Below, one piece after another: positions 61,677 through 64,000 of a stretch of DNA of 64,000 nucleotides (its first letter is position 1; each line of letters opens with the position of its first letter). The DNA is from Mizuhopecten yessoensis (Eukaryota), in NCBI RefSeq assembly GCF_002113885.1, contig NW_018406931.1, forward strand, positions 243,253 through 307,252, written 5' to 3'. The notes beneath the pieces were generated by a model. It was not told the DNA's origin. It made no database searches and worked only from the letters and a program-made list of their open reading frames with translations. The translations under genes were made by a program, and so were the position numbers.

Positions 61677-62426
61677 TTCCAAGGATGGGAATGCTAGTGA
61701 AAACCCACAAGTGAATCTCAGTTATGTTATTGAAAGGTTTGAGCTCTTGTTTTCCCATAGGGCCCTACTCCTTAGCCCACGGGAGGCTTAGTCGATCGAG
61801 TATGGATTCTGATTCCCACCACAGGTTTATGATTACCCCTAGGTTAAATCAAAATCTGACAGAGGAATTCTTTAGAGAAGTGCTTACAGATGACAGACAA
61901 AAGGCAATTGCAATAGGTCACCTGAGTGACGGACAAAAGGCAGTTGTAAAGTCACCCGAGTGACTAGGGTGACCTTACAATGTCATGATGAAAAGGCATG
62001 TATTCCTATAGCTATTGTAAGTTTCATGTAGAAGAGATATTCTTCAAAGCCTTGCACTGTGACTTAATTTATCATGCCACCAAGTGTGTTTCTGATTCTA
62101 ATTGAATTGTGTAGGCCCTTTGTTACACTTACAAGAATATATGATACATACAGTGTCATGCATCTCCTTTCAAAACATCATCTGATAATGCAAATTTGCA
62201 TTTAAGTGTCCATAGTAAGAACAACCAGTAGTCAATAGCTTCCCAGTCCAAGGATAACACCCATCAACATATAAAAGATATCCAGGATCACTAATCATGC
62301 TGGAAAGCATATTTTCATGAAAAGGCTCAGTGTTCCCTAACTTAGAATCCATGTGATGTTCTCTGTATCAGGCTGCTTTGTACCTTGCTTCAGAAGGAAA
62401 ACAAATCGCCAATTGGTTTAATCACT

Positions 62427-63885
62427 TTTCAGCTCACCTGCCCAAAGGCAAGTGAGCTTATGCCATGGTGAAGCGTATGTCGTCTGTCGTCAACTTTTCC
62501 TTTAAAATGCTTCTTGTCTTGAACAGCATAGTGGATCTTTAGGCCAAGGGGGCTCAATTTTGTATAAACGGTGGATGTGGCCCCCCTGGGGGGCAGAGAA
62601 ACGGGTCTAAATAGGGGAAATAGAAGTAAAACTTTTAAAATCCTTCTTCTAGTGAAGGGATAAAGGGATTTTATTCTAATTTAGTCTGAAGCATCCTTGG
62701 GCCAAGGGGACTCAAATTTGTACATGTGTTAACGGTTGGTGTTGCCTCCTTAGGGGCAGAAAGGTGGGTCTGAATAGGGGAAATAGAGGTAAACATTTTA
62801 AATCCTTCTACTATAGGGATTAAGAGATTTCATTCCAATTTAGTCTTGAGCATTCTTGTGCCAAGGGAAACAATTTCGTTTAAATGGTGGGTGTACACAT
62901 GTGGCCCCCTAGCGGCAGAGGAGAGGGTCCCAGTTAGGAAATAGGGGTTAACTCTTCTTCTATCATAGGGATTAAGGAATGTTATCCTCATTAGTCCCCC
63001 ACCGGTTCCGGTGGAAGGGGGAACATAGATTTGCACTCCGACCGTCTTTCGGTCTGTCAAAGAAGTTTGTCCGCGATATATCTTCTATACTATTTCACCT
63101 GGAGTAACCAGATTTGGTGTACAAGGACATCTTGGGATGGCGGAGTGCAGAGTGCAAGAATTATGTTACTGTGACCTTTTATACTTTTCTTTTGAAAAAG
63201 TTTGTCTGGGACATATCTTCTATACTATTTCAACTTGAGTAACCAGATTTGGCGTATAAGGACTTTTCGGAATGGGGGCGTGCAGAGTGTAAGACTTGGG
63301 TCACTGTGACTTATGACTTGACCTTAACTTTTGAAAAAGATTGTCCAGGGCATATCTTCTGTTCTTTTTCATCTGGAATAACCAGGTGTACAAGGACATC
63401 TTGGGATGACGGTGTGGAAGAAGTAGGTAATTATATCCTCACTGTGCCCTTAATGCTTCCCGACAAAAGTGTACTGTTTGTTAAATATAAAAATCATTAC
63501 CAGTGGAGGACTATGGATTGCCTTGCAATACTCTGCCTTGTTAAGTCTGAAGCATCATTTGGCTAAAGGGACTCAATTTTTTAATAAACGGTGGTGTGGC
63601 CCCCCCTGGGAGCAGAGGGGCGGGTCCGAATAGGGGGAAATAGAGGTAAACCTTTAAAATCCTTCTTCTACCGTAGGGGTTTAGGTATTTCATCCCAATT
63701 CGGTCTGGAGGATCCTTGGGACAAGGGGACTCATTTTTTTTTATAAACAGTGGGTTTGGCCCCCCCCCCCCCCCCACCACCCCTTGGGGAAAGAGAAAGA
63801 GTGGTCCAAGAGGGGAAATGGAGATAAAACCTTTGAAATCCTTCTTCTATGGTGGATTAAGGGACTTTATCCCAATTTTGTCTCC
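62427..63885 (+). mobile_element. Helentron-type HINE with ~158-bp tandem sub-repeats, interrupted by a nested element
   Basis: 5' TTTCAGCTCACCTG...GTGAGCT hairpin, (CGTC)-type microsatellite, and sub-repeats at ~62543, 62701, 62860, 63562 and 63720. Confidence 0.72.
62991..63542 (+). mobile_element. Nested second HINE-type element
   Basis: Begins TTAGTCCCCCACCGG..CCGGTGG..GGGGGA (hairpin), has ~135-bp internal repeats, and ends ATTGC..GCAAT..CTTGTT. The host sub-repeat resumes directly after it. Confidence 0.62.
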
Positions 63886-64000
63886 ATCAAGTTCTCTAGT
63901 AGTGCCTGCTACTATAAGGGTGTATTCATTAAAACAAACAAACGCCATCTTGGATTTTGACGTTTGAAGTTTGTTTTTGCTATATCTCCAGAAATACTGG

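Overview
AT-rich eukaryotic genomic DNA with GT-AG introns. The repeat families (Helentron-type HINEs, V-SINE, palindromic MITEs) and the invertebrate-type U2 sequence suggest a bivalve mollusc (inference). The window holds five protein-coding genes and one snRNA. (1) The first four coding exons of a GDP-fucose transporter (SLC35C1, minus strand, continuing off the left edge). (2) A complete 8-exon tafazzin (TAZ, plus, 262 aa), head-to-head with SLC35C1. (3) A solitary U2 snRNA variant (minus). (4) An intronless, RING-less B-box/coiled-coil/beta-propeller TRIM-like gene (plus). (5) An unrecognised ~391-aa low-complexity protein with degron, CDK-site and NLS motifs (minus). (6) A ~2258-aa, 12-finger zinc-finger gene (plus, two huge coding exons), head-to-head with (5). 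Most notable observations: a >5.6-kb 39-bp minisatellite that appears to be an amplified copy of the adjacent SLC35C1 exon end plus 5' splice site; two 41-44-bp TIR elements with perfect 7-bp TSDs that look like P-superfamily excision footprints; a Gly-to-Ala change in the tafazzin FPEG motif; a U2 stem IIa-loop variant; and the orphan/zinc-finger bidirectional pair. All calls are by eye, and no database searches were run.
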